A DNA stretch of 64,000 bases, taken from NCBI RefSeq assembly GCF_018350175.1, contig NC_058368.1, positions 138,696,001 through 138,760,000 of the forward strand. Direction: 5' to 3'. The position numbers and the translations under genes are program-made. Every line of letters begins with the position of its first letter. Positions within the stretch are counted from its first letter, which is position 1. The stretch comes from Felis catus (Eukaryota). Positions 1 to 11,308 of this stretch are shown here, in pieces. The notes below the pieces were generated by a model that made no database searches, was not told the DNA's origin, and worked only from the letters and a program-made list of their open reading frames with translations.

Positions 1-1127
1 AAAACTTAGTCGATAATTCTAGGAGCTAAAATGAAAAAAAAACAAAAACAAAAAAAAAGCCTGGCGCACAGGACACACGTCACAATTTTTAAGTGAACTG
101 AACACAGCTTTTATTGCCAAGGATGACCTTTCACCAGACGGGCCTTCGTCCCCAATGTGCAAGAGGAAATCTTGCTGGCAACCTACAGACCAGGAATATC
201 GAAGTAGGTCCCTTTTCCTTCTTATTCTTTGCCTCCTCCAGCCACACTCTCTCTCTCCCCTTTGTAACACCTGCATCAAAAGGAAACCATGATGACAACA
301 GTGCTTCTGCTGAGCGTAGTAGCAGTTCCAAAGGGAGGTGAATGGGTTCCGCTTATTATTTTAAGCCAGGAGTATGATTGGAGGAGATATTCTGAATATT
401 CCATGATTGAAAGAAGTTGCTAGGTGGCTAGAACGAGATGCTTGGTGGTAGTTACACGTTACTAACTACAGTGTTGGTTGGATAAAAATTCTCACCGCGT
501 CTCTTAAATTCAGGAGCGATGGGGGGTCTGGTTGTGGGTTAAATTCCCAGGAGAGAAGAATCTGGTATGTAAGAGTTGGCAGCACCTTTGACCTCGCCAT
601 GTAATCTGACTGGCTCCGGTGGCAGTGCCTAGTGAAGCCCCAGGGATCTTCTCTAACAACTTTTATCGCCTACCATTTCGTACTCATGTTGAACCACCAC
701 GCACAGGCTGTTGAATTCAGCTGTCCGGGGAAAAAATTATACCAACCACATGCTTAGGCAGAAGGAATACAATATATTGCTTGTTTTGTATCCACAAAGC
801 TGAGCGATGTGGAAAACACCAAGCCTTGCTCGGTCACCTTCCATGAGGACAAATGAAATTGCATCACGGCAACCTAATACCAAACGCGTATCAATCTATA
901 GTTAGATGACATTTGAGATACCAAGAGACATCAACTAGAATCTTCAGAGTTGAATGCTTACTGAATGGGTCGTCTTAGTTTTCAGTGAGAAGGGAGTTAT
1001 TTCGAATGGCTTGGGTTTGCCAATCTGAAGTCTTGGTATCAGTGCCTAGTTTTCGTTCTGAATTTAGGTACTTTATTTGCAAAAGCAGACTCCTACTTTG
1101 TGAAGATAAATTCCTTAGTAGGGATAT

Positions 1128-1209
1128 TTCTTCCTCTGCTTCCTCCCCTTCCTCCTCCTCTCCCTCCTCCCCTTCCTCCTCCTCCTCTTCTGCTGCTGCT
1201 GCTGCTGCT
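1128..1209. repeat. Compound (TCC)n/(GCT)n low-complexity microsatellite
   Basis: ttcctccccttcctcctcctc...tgctgctgctgctgctgct seen directly; explains the poly-E/poly-A and poly-S ORFs here. Confidence 0.9.
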
Positions 1210-1739
1210 ATACATAACACAAACCCTTGCCCATAGTTGGACCCAGTAAATATTGCCTGAAGGCACAAATGGATAAATGAAGAAGGACAACTTAGGATGT
1301 ATCATAAGGCTGCTGAAACAAGGGCGAAAATGATGCAAAATCACTTTGACAAAGTTAAGAGATAATAAACACAAGAAGTTTTATTCACGATGAGGTAGAT
1401 GCTATTAGTTTATTAATGTCCCAGAGACATAAATATGTCCAGAGAACATTTATTTGGTGAATTCAATCAAATAACCATAAATCCAACTGAGACATCAGCT
1501 TGCCCGGGTATTGAAGTACTTGGGTAGTTTAGTTGATCCAGTTGGCCCATTTGTGGTCAATGTCCCATTGTGCTTATTGGTGACCCAGCATTCCTGTCAG
1601 GAATCAGAAAGAAAGGAAAAGGAAGGTCATTGCCACTGCTGCAGCAATGACATGGTATGGTCAGGAGCATATTGGCTGAGAGCTGGTAGACTTGGTTTCT
1701 ACCAGATCGTAATTAACATCTCTAGAAACAAAGCTCCTT

Positions 1740-1965
1740 GGGGGGCCTGGGGGGCTCAGTCGGTTGAGCGTCCGACTTCAGCTCAGGTCATGATCTCACG
1801 GTCCGTGAGTTCGAGCCCCGCGTCGGGCTCTGGGCTGACAGCTCAGAGCCTGGAGCCTGTTTCCGATTCTGTGGCTCCCTCTCTCTGACCCTCCCCCGTT
1901 CATGCTCTGTCTCTCTCTGTCTCAAAAATAAATAAACGTTAAAAAAAAAAAGTTAAAAAAAAAAA
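1740..1965 (+). mobile_element. SINEC (felid Can-SINE)
   Basis: tRNA-like head (ggctcagtcggttgagc...gttcgagccc), CT-rich tract, aataaa and poly-A; TSD agaaa(c/g)aaagctcctt. Confidence 0.95.
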
Positions 1966-2889
1966 AGAAAGAAAGCTCCTTTTTACCAATCTGGCCTAGG
2001 CATGAGATGTCCTGGGCAAGTTCTGTTCTCAGAGGGAGTAGAGGGATGTGGAGCAGGAAGTAGACAGCAGCGGATGATCAGTCAAATTCCAGAGTTGGAC
2101 ACTGCTCCTGGGGAGGGGTCATTTCTCTGCGGTGCTCCAGTCATTGGTTTGCCCTCCCAGGACCATCCGCCGACCGATGTCTCTTAGGCTAGCCCCTCAG
2201 AGGACGATTGTCTGCTGTCCCAGATGCCTGCCCCTTCTTCCATGATTTCCTCTCAATGGCAGGAGACTGGGAACCTGTCCCCTGGATACAAGGGAAACCA
2301 GAAGATAGGGGGAAAAAGAGGCTTTTTTTGTCTGGTATTGGTGGTACCACTAACAGCAGGAGTAATGGGAACAGCAACCATGGGGTCCGGAAGCTTCCAG
2401 GTAAATCTGAGCTCTGGCAGTGTCAGCCTCGTCTCACCAACATCAAAATGCGGAGTCCTGAGTTCTTGTTCAGAGCAAACAGCAAGATCCGATAGCAGCG
2501 GTGACGGCAGCAGCAGCTGGGCAGAGAGTGTGAGCTTCGAGGTTCCAACGCCAGGCAAAACCAGCCTCCTGATCTCTGGGGAATATCTCCCTCCTTTCGC
2601 GCTCCCTCCAGACCTTCCAGCACCTTTGTCAGCTTTCTTCTCTATGCATCCCTCTCTGTCTGAAGCATCCAGAGCAGTTTCTGTCTTTCTGTCCAGATGT
2701 TGAGTGATACCTCTCCCACAGCCCACCTCTCTCCCAGAAGAGGCTCCAGGACAGGGAGCCACAGCCTGCTTCATCTCTAAGGCAGAGGAGGAAAGGAGGA
2801 CTGAACAAAGCACCACAGCTTAGAAAGCTAAACTCCATTTTGAAAATCAGGAAATTCGACAAGCCATCGTTCAGTCAACGAACCTATTA

Positions 2890-3735
2890 TAACGGGCGTC
2901 ATGGTGGATGCTGGTGCCACCCAGGTCCTTGCGGAGGAAGGAAGGACTCATGCCTCCACCCGCTGGGACTGCTCCCAAAAGACCGTTCCCACTGTCAGCC
3001 CTCTTCACGGACTACCTCGGCTGAAGAAAACTGCCTTAGCTAAGGTCATACCTCCTTCCAGAGGAAGCCCACGCCCAAAGATAGATCGACAGGAGCCCAC
3101 AAAGGCCCAGACCCATGTTCCAACTATGAAGGGCCATCCTAGATCCGAACTTCCCGTGGAGTCAGCGGAGGCCTTCCCTGGGACTACAACCCAGTTGGAT
3201 GTCTCCTTCTTCCCAGTCTGCTTCTTTCTCTTCCACAGGAATTTATCCCCAGAGCACTCCCTTACAAACCTCCTCCGTGCTAACCTCTTCCTCAGTCTGC
3301 TACCCAAGGGACCTGTTTTAGTTTGCTAGGGCCACTGTAACCAAGTACCACAGACTGAGTGGCTCAGAAAACAGAAACGTATGGTCTCCCAGTTCTGGAA
3401 GCTAGAAGCCCAAGGTCAAGGTATGAGGAGGGTCGGTTCCTTCTGAGGGCTGTAGGCAATGATCTGTTCCAGGTCTCTCTCTTTGACTTGTACATGACCA
3501 GTTTATGTGGACATGGCATTCTCCCTGTGTGTGAATGTCCCCCAATTCCCCCTTTTAATAAGAATACCAGTCATACTGGATTAGGGCCTGCCCTAATGAC
3601 TTCATTTTAGCTTGATTATTTCTGCAATCTCCAAGGAAGGTCACACTCCGAGGTACTGGGGTTAGGACTTGAACGTGTGAATTTGAAGGCCGGGGACACC
3701 ACTCAACTCACAACAGAACCCAGCCTGCAACTACA
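2890..3735 (+). mobile_element. LTR16-like ERVL solo LTR, interrupted near its 3' end by an MLT1
   Basis: 3' end ccttacaaacctcctccgtgctaacctcttcctcagtctgctacccaagg.../gaacccagcctgcaac resembles the recalled LTR16 terminus; left boundary approximate. Confidence 0.6.
3314..3715 (-). mobile_element. MLT1 (MaLR) solo LTR
   Basis: tgttttagtttgctagggcc...aagtaccacagactgagtggc...cagttctggaagctagaagcccaaggtcaagg...gaggtactggggttaggactt...cacaaca; flanked by ggacc/gaacc. Confidence 0.85.
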
Positions 3736-5151
3736 TTCAATTATGTTCTCAAGCAGGAGGCCCACGGACACAGACCTGACAGCTGCCTGAGCCCTCTCTA
3801 AGATTCAAGCCCTGTCACACCAAGTTGTTTTTATTAAAGGGTCTGCCCTCTCAGAAAGGTGAGAGAAATAAATGCTCAGCAAGGTTACACATGGGTTCTT
3901 CAACACAGGCTGGCAAGATTTAGATGAAGGACAGAGCCTGGTTCCCAGGCTAGAGGGAAACCGGAAGCAAGGAGTCTATTGGGAAATCCGCATTTACAAG
4001 GAAGCTATTTATTACACATAGCTGGGTGATGAGAAATGTGGCTGATATTTTAACCTCTGGAAGGGTGTCTGGGAATCTCACATAATTAGCTTTTTATGTC
4101 CTTTGTTCTCAAAATTAATAACAGTATGATGATGGGTAGAGGTGGGAGGAGAAAGATGCAGGCAGATAGATGATGGATTTTTCACCAGAGAAGGATGGTC
4201 TTGTTTTCTTCTTCATTTACTGGTAGAGCCGTAATGACATCGCTGAGGTTTTTCTCCATCATGCATATTGCATTAGTTTCAAGCTGGAAATGCAAAGACA
4301 CATTGCGGTGGAAAGCACTGTTGCAGTAAAACCCCTTAAGCGTCAACATTTTGTTAGTGGGGGGCAGGGCAGCAGGAAATGTGCGTTGTCGAGAAATTTA
4401 TACCTAAATGCCCAAAAGCGACTCAAAGCCAGCCTGCACTTTGCAACTCCAGGATAGCCTTTTTCAAGTGGATGTGACAACCCGTATCTGGAGCCATCAA
4501 AACCATGTTTGGATGGGGCATGTGAAGAGGCACAAACAGGCAGGGTTACAATCTGGCCCCCGGGGCCCTAATTCCCGAGAACACTCGCCTCAGAACACAT
4601 CAGAAAGCAGTGGAGGTCTGCGAATCAAGTGCAAATGTGCTCACGTGCCAAGAGAACCTAAGACGGCCCTTTTCACAGCATATTGGGGCTTGGCCGGGTT
4701 CCAGAGACCATCAGCAAAGTAGCCTGCCCTGATACTTCAAAGGAAGAACTCTCGCTGATAAATCCTGCCCCACACTTTCCACAGCACACACTTAAGCTTG
4801 AGCCGTATAATACCACAACAGTGAGTCACTGGGCTGAGCCTTAGGCCTATCCGCAGGACAGGGGGAAAGAAAGGAGTCCCACATCTGTTGTCTCGGGCGA
4901 TTCTCCTCCCTCCTCAAAACTGCACTGAAACAGAGCAATAAAAACTGTCGTGAGGCAAGTGAGTTATGGGCTGGTTTACCTGGACAGAGCCCCTCCCTGA
5001 ACGATAAGGACTTCAGCCCACCATTTTTCATTACTATGCGTTCTCACGTTTTGATAAAACCCATCAGACAGGGTAACCAGTCGGCCTTATTCCTCAGATT
5101 GAGCTCAGAGGTCTCAGGAGGCCTTTCAGTGATGAGACAAGCTGAGAACTT

Positions 5152-5157
<6 letters not shown>

Positions 5158-5190
<33 letters not shown>
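5158..5190. repeat. (CA)n microsatellite
   Basis: Perfect CA run. Confidence 0.97.
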
Positions 5191-5192
<2 letters not shown>

Positions 5193-6639
5193 TTCTCAGC
5201 AGGTCTGAAATTCGGTAAGCTTCAGCCTTCTGAATCTCACTCAATCTAAATTAAAATTCAGCAAATATTCACTGGAATACCTCAGATAAAGAAAATCAAG
5301 CGTAGGTGTCACGGAAGAGAAGACAGCAGCAAGGGAACGCCAAGGTCAAGAGTGGGGGCTTTTGTTTCTTCATGGGAGGAAAAGGAGTAATAATAATTCT
5401 TTTGCTACAAATCTGCACCGTCTGGAACATTCACGGGAACAGTTAGGTCAGGCAGTAGGCTTTTTCCCATCTGGTCATTTAACCACGGTCTCTGGAAGGA
5501 TAGTGGAAATAGTCTAAATCTTTCCTTGAATGAGACAAGCCCACAAATTCAGCGATTGCATAATAAGCTGGAGGCTAAGTCCTCGGGGACACATTTGTTT
5601 TAGGTGTTTGCATGTGGCCATGTGTGCGTTTGGGTGGATTTCTGGGCACACAGACACTTCTCCACCCCAGCCCGCCCCTATCCTCTCCTTGAGGCTATTT
5701 TTATGCATAAGTCCTAACGGGGCACACTTTCGAGATGACCTACACAAAAGTCCTGTTCCAGACTCCTCCTGGTTTCTCCGAATCCCAGTTTTCCTTTCGC
5801 TTAGGTTTTCACTCCTCTCTCCCAGGGCACCAAATGCGGTCAGATCAGCCTCTGGCTTCTGAGAACAAGCTGCCGATCGGCCTATTTACAAGTGCCAATA
5901 AGATCCTGCCCGTGCCATGCTTTGGACTTTTCAGAACTTTAGTCCACAAAGTGTTGGGTGGCCAACAGTGTGGCTTTTCCCCGGTCAGGCCACCTTTTTT
6001 CGTCACCTAAGAAAAGCCTATCAAGTTTTGTGTGGGGCCCTCAATAAGTCTCATTGAGTGATTCCACGCACATTAACTACCCTAAGAAGAAAGGGAAAAT
6101 CAACCGTGTTGATTTTCCAAGGTGAGGAGCCTAGATTGTGTGGCATGAAGTGTTGAGGCCCCTTAGGGCATGGTGGCCAGTCCAAACAGGTGGACAGGGC
6201 AGGGGTGGAGCAGGAGCACAGCTCTCGTCAAATACCTCCAGAGTCCCAGATCCTTCCACCTGTCAGAGCAGAGGGGTGGTGAGCATTCAGGAAGCCCTCA
6301 AGTGCTGAATACAAGAGGGGCCTTGAGGCAGGGACTACACTGGGGTTCCCGAATCCTGGGTGAAGAGACTCAGATCCAGATTGTTCACTGGCATTCCCCC
6401 TGCCCAGCCCACGTTGGGAAGAAATCTTCCAGCACTGAGACCCTTTCCAGGACATCCTCCTAACTATAGGGGGTGTTTGAAGCAAAAAGACCACCTAACT
6501 GCAGTAAAAAAAATTAGTTCCCTAGTCTAACTCCATCCTTACTATGTTCTAGAAATTAAGCAAATTACTTCATGTCTTATGAGCTGTGTTCCTCATAAAC
6601 TTCTTATGATGACTAACTGAAATGGTATATATTACTAGG

Positions 6640-6790
6640 CGATGTTTATTACGCATTTCCTATAAGGCAGGCACAGTGCTAAGAAAATAAATACCCCAGT
6701 GTTCAGATGAGAAACAAAGTAAATCACGAAGACTAGGTAACTTGCCCAAGGCCACACAGTTAAAACAGCAGATACCTAACACACATCGTG
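6640..6790 (-). mobile_element. MIR fragment
   Basis: gtttattacgcatttcctataaggcaggcacagtgctaag...cagatgagaaac...ggtaacttgcccaaggccacacag MIR core. Confidence 0.7.
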
Positions 6791-6853
6791 GTTGTTTTGT
6801 TTATCACTTTAGAATAATGAGAACCTTGGCTACTGCTATAATACATTCAATTT

Positions 6854-6854
<1 letters not shown>

Positions 6855-6885
<31 letters not shown>

Positions 6886-7005
6886 TATACATACATATAT
6901 ATGTATATATATATACACATATATATGTATATATATATTTAGATTTATATAATATGTAAATTTATATAATAATTTTTACTATAAATAATTTATATAATAT
7001 ACATA
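6855..7005. repeat. (TA)n microsatellite and AT-rich low complexity
   Basis: Interrupted TA run seen directly. Confidence 0.95.
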
Positions 7006-8099
7006 AAATTTTTTTTTTGGCAGAATACAAAACTTAGAAAAAGGTTCGCCCAGGATAGCCATTGTTGTGTGATTAAATTTGAGAGTTTGATTAAGCCAGC
7101 AGGGGCATTTTGCTATTGCTGTTTGGTTTGCTTTTGCTGTGAGGGGCCACAGCCTTCACCAGCACCCGGAAATCAAGATGGCTTCCTCTTCTAGACTTCC
7201 GGTAACAACTTTGAGGCTGAGTATTGGAGGCGAGGATGGGACATACAGAAATGGCATGTAAACACTCAAGAGCTGAAGGCAAATCATAGAAAATATGCCA
7301 CACTCTTAACAGGAAAAGCAGATTTCTATTTTATACGGGCGATATTGACAAGAATTCCAGGCCAGCTGCTCCAAACGGCAGGGGTAACTTTTTCAAGCCG
7401 ATGATGTTTTCATCTCTACAGGGGCCCAAGTGGAATCCAGCTGACCAGAGTTAGCAGTTCTAGGGCAGAGAATCGTTCGGTTGAAATCGCTCCTTTGTTC
7501 TGCTGTCCCAGAGCAGAGGCACCCTCAGTTTGCTCAAGCCACTCAGCCTTGGAGACCCTCACTTCCATTTCTCTAAGTGAAGGGGATAGGCCATGCAACA
7601 TGAGGAGGGGGTTACCCTGAGATTTCTTTCTGTTCCAAAATTCTGGGATTCTTAACAATGTCAAAGAAGCTACTTAGACTCTACTTTAGGTAAAATAACC
7701 GGAATCCAAAATAATGCTCGGCTTTGGCCAACTACACCATTCCTAACACTTTAGAGCACGCATTTCCTGTCTCTTTCCAGAATGGCTTTCATAGAAAGGC
7801 TTATCCCACAAGATACCTCAGAAGCCTCACGTTGTTCTTCCTTCTCTTTTCCTCCTCCTCCTTCTTCACCTTCTTTACTATTGTTGTCATATTTTTGTAT
7901 GGGGAAGGGGGGGTTTCATTTGTTTGTCTTTACAGAAAGTTCCTTGCCCTGCTCCGATTGACTTAGTAATGAGAAGTCAACCGCAGAACTCCTACCTCCC
8001 GCACGTACATACTGAAGCTTTGGAATACATGCCCACCAACACACCCCTGATTCACACTGATCCAAGAGGGTCCCACTAAGAGGCCTAAGTTAATAGGTT

Positions 8100-8725
8100 C
8101 TTGAAGCATAAATTACTATATTCCTATCATGTGACTCTACCTCCTAGACCACAGGTCCAGGCACAGATGCCTGACCTAAGAGCAGCCAGTCTGAGTTGGC
8201 CTGACACAAAAGTCACAGCCAGTAAAGACAATGGGGACAAGTGGAACCTCTCAGATTCTCATGCCTGAAGAGTCTGTGAATTAGAAAAAGAAAAAGAGAG
8301 AGAGAGAGGGAGAGAGATTCATGAGTTGGAAGGTGGGAAAGGAAACAGAAGCTGACAGCAGAAACCTAGAAGAGCAGAAGCCACAGGCAAGAGAAACCTT
8401 GGGTAGGCAGGAGCGAAGGTAAGTCTGGAGTACTAGAAAGCAGAAACCAAGGGACACACAGAAGAGTAGATGAGCTACTCGGTTGTGTAGTGACACGAAC
8501 AGCAGAAAATTAGACAATTCCTGCCGCTCTAGGGCAACAAGATAATCCAGTTCCTAGAGTTGCTTTTCATCCTGCATAACCTCCCGGTTCCTGCTGTACA
8601 TTCCATTTGCCATGAGACTTGGCTCTTTGTAGTTTCCCATGAGGTGTGGTACAGATTTCTGCCTGCATGTAGCCATCAATGAATCTCCATTTCTTCCTTG
8701 TAACCCGAGTCAGTCTCCCTTTCTT
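8100..8725 (+). mobile_element. Ancient ERVL-class LTR-like fragment (family uncertain)
   Basis: cctgacctaagagcagccagtc, purine-rich GA middle and ccagttcctagagttgc...aatgaatctccatttcttccttg ending, typical of LTR33/LTR16-group elements. Confidence 0.4.
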
Positions 8726-10589
8726 AGGATCAAAAGTGCCTATTAAATATAAGATGCCCCATGGACTCAGCTGAATGATGACTTTTAACCTGTGTACAGC
8801 TCCGTTGACACCGATGCTTCCGTTCTGGAAAATTCCAGGGCTCGTATCCCATTTTAAAAAATGCTCTTAACTTTTTATTCCCACAATGCTCTTCTGCCCT
8901 CTTTAACATACTTCTCACAGCATTGCTAGCCACCCGTAACTAAAAGCTCTGATACTGTTACTGCAACTACCACCTTACGTTTCTACCCTTCCAGATTTTT
9001 CCAAGTGATTTCCTGTACATAATCTCTTTTGAACGTGGCAATAACCTTATGAGATAATAATAATAATACCTAATATTGTTCAGTGCTCTATAATTTAAAG
9101 GTGACTTTTATATACATGATCTCCTTTGATTAGATTCACTTAAGAACACCATGAGGCATTTTTCTCATTGTACACACGAGCCAAGTGAAATTCAGTGATG
9201 ACGAAGAATGCATCCAAGTTCACACAACAAAGAATGGTTTCTCCTGGGATTTTTGGGCCTGCATATCAGTGTTAAAATGTTTGGGACCCTCCTTTCCTAC
9301 CATGACCAGGAGCTACTCTTAGACGTGCTCATATGGCGTTGCAAGTGTCTCGTTTCTTGTCTCTATTAAGTCAAAGATCCCTTAGGTTTATCGGGCACCA
9401 ACCATCTCGTGCGACTGTGGTCTGTCCACCTGTGTGGACACTTCTTTGTCTTCCACAGGTGTGCCAATAACCCACTGATAATATTAATTTAGCATATAGA
9501 CCTGTCTCTTCCTGGCCACCGAATCCAAGGCGCACATGTTCCGCAACCAGGTTACCTGAGGCAAAGCCTTGCTCGAATTCAGAGGGCTTGTTTTTAATAC
9601 CCGAAAACTGACAAGGTTAGAGTAGTGACCCAAGCCACCTGCTATAAACGCATTCTACCATTTCGGCTTGTGGGCCAGAGTGTTGAGATCATTTCGGTTT
9701 AAGAGTGAGACAGAGAGAGAGGCTCAACACATAAATTGTTGTTTGTCCTCCTCTTAATAAATGCGGTTGCTCTAATGAGAGCACACAAGGCTCAAAGCTT
9801 ATCGTTTTATCATTCCTTAAATAAGACCTTGACATTCAGTACCTCCTCGTCCTGTCATTCGAAAGCCGGGGGGGTTGGGTCAAATTTAGTTTGCCCCAGT
9901 AGCTGTTCTTTCCAGGCACACAGATGGCTGATGTCGTTTATAATGGCAACTCTGGTGAATAGAGCAGCATTATACATGCAGTAAAGTCAACAATATGTGA
10001 AACAGCATAAGCTGTTCTGAAGCGCTCCTCCGCAGTGCCCGAACTACCTCGGAGAGAGGCATTTGAATAAAAGTCAGCACATCCGTGACACATGACCTCC
10101 ACACCATCAGTCAAGACTTTCTGGCTGATGCCCGGCAGGGCCTCAGACTCTTCAAAACGTCGCATTCTGGGCACCTGCTTACCGGCTCAGACCTGGCTAC
10201 AAGATGAATGTCGTTTGCCATTTAAAATCTGATGATCCCTAGCATACAAGACTGCCCAGAATTGATCTTGGTCCCACAAGAACTGGGTCAAACTACATGG
10301 TCCCCCTTCACACCGTGAAGACTCGACATGTGTCTATTACCCTAGATTCTAAATGCACCTGTAACACTTACTGCCCCGTTCACACTGGGAACTCTATTTG
10401 GAATTACTCGTGTCACACCCCGATAATACAGGACTGTGATTCCCCCCCAACGTATCATGTGGTTTCACTCTTCTGTGCTATACCACACCCTGCTTCCTGT
10501 GCCTGGAATGTCCTTTTTCTTGTGGGGGCCTTAAAAACTCCTCCTGATCTTCTAAGACTTCCAGATCAAGCATCATCAAGACTAGATTA

Positions 10590-11100
10590 AAAATCCTAGA
10601 GAAACACGTGTACCAGGAAACAAACACAAATGTTCATAGCAGTAAAGAGCCAGTGGGAGTGGGTAAATTGTGGTACGTTCATACAGTGGGATACTACATG
10701 TGGACTGAAAGAGGCCAAGACATGAAATAATATATACTCTTATGATTTTCTATATATAAAGTTCAAGGCAGGCAAAACTATAGTATTTAACGATATAGAT
10801 AGATAGATAGATAGATAGATATAGATATATACATATATACATATATACAAAATCAAAGAAAAGGGCAGCTCTTTTGGTGATCACCATAAATGGTGATCAC
10901 CATAAATGCAAGAACAGAGAAGCCTCCACAGAAAGATGAGAGGGTTGGGGGTAATGCAACATGGGGACTTCTGGGTTGTAATGCTGTTCCATTCCTTGAA
11001 ATGGATCAAGGCAGTTTCCTCTTCATTCTTTGTTAGACTGTACATTAATAGTTTGTGCACTTCTCTATAAGTATCTATATTTAATAAGTTTTTAAAGAGG
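10590..11100 (+). mobile_element. Old L1M(E)-type 3' end fragment containing a (GATA)n/(TA)n array
   Basis: cctagagaaac...aatgttcatagcag...aaattgtggtac...aagttcaaggcaggcaaaact...ggggacttctggg...tttgtgcacttctct. Confidence 0.7.
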
Positions 11101-11150
11101 TAAAGGGGAAAAAAAACTGAGGACAGACACTCATGGTTAAGAAATGTCAT

Positions 11151-11308
11151 GGGGTGCCTGGATGGCTCTGTCGGGTGAGCATCCAACTCTTGATTTAGGC
11201 TCAGGTTATGATCTCACAGTTCATGAGTTCCAGCCCCACATCCGGCTGGATTCTCTCCCTCTCCCTCTCTCTCCCTTTCTCTCTCAAAATAAATAAACTT
11301 AAGGGAAT
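11151..11308 (+). mobile_element. Older, internally shortened SINEC
   Basis: ggggtgcctggatggctc head, aataaa tail; TSD aagaaatgtca. Confidence 0.85.

Noticed and set aside
975..1374. ORFs with poly-Ala/poly-Glu, poly-Ser or RGG runs
   Set aside because: They are translations of the (TCC)n/(GCT)n microsatellite next to an L2-like tail, with no credible gene context
2224..2816. Overlapping 159-aa and 187-aa ORFs
   Set aside because: No recognisable domain; the sequence looks like a degenerate ancient LTR, whose family I could not assign
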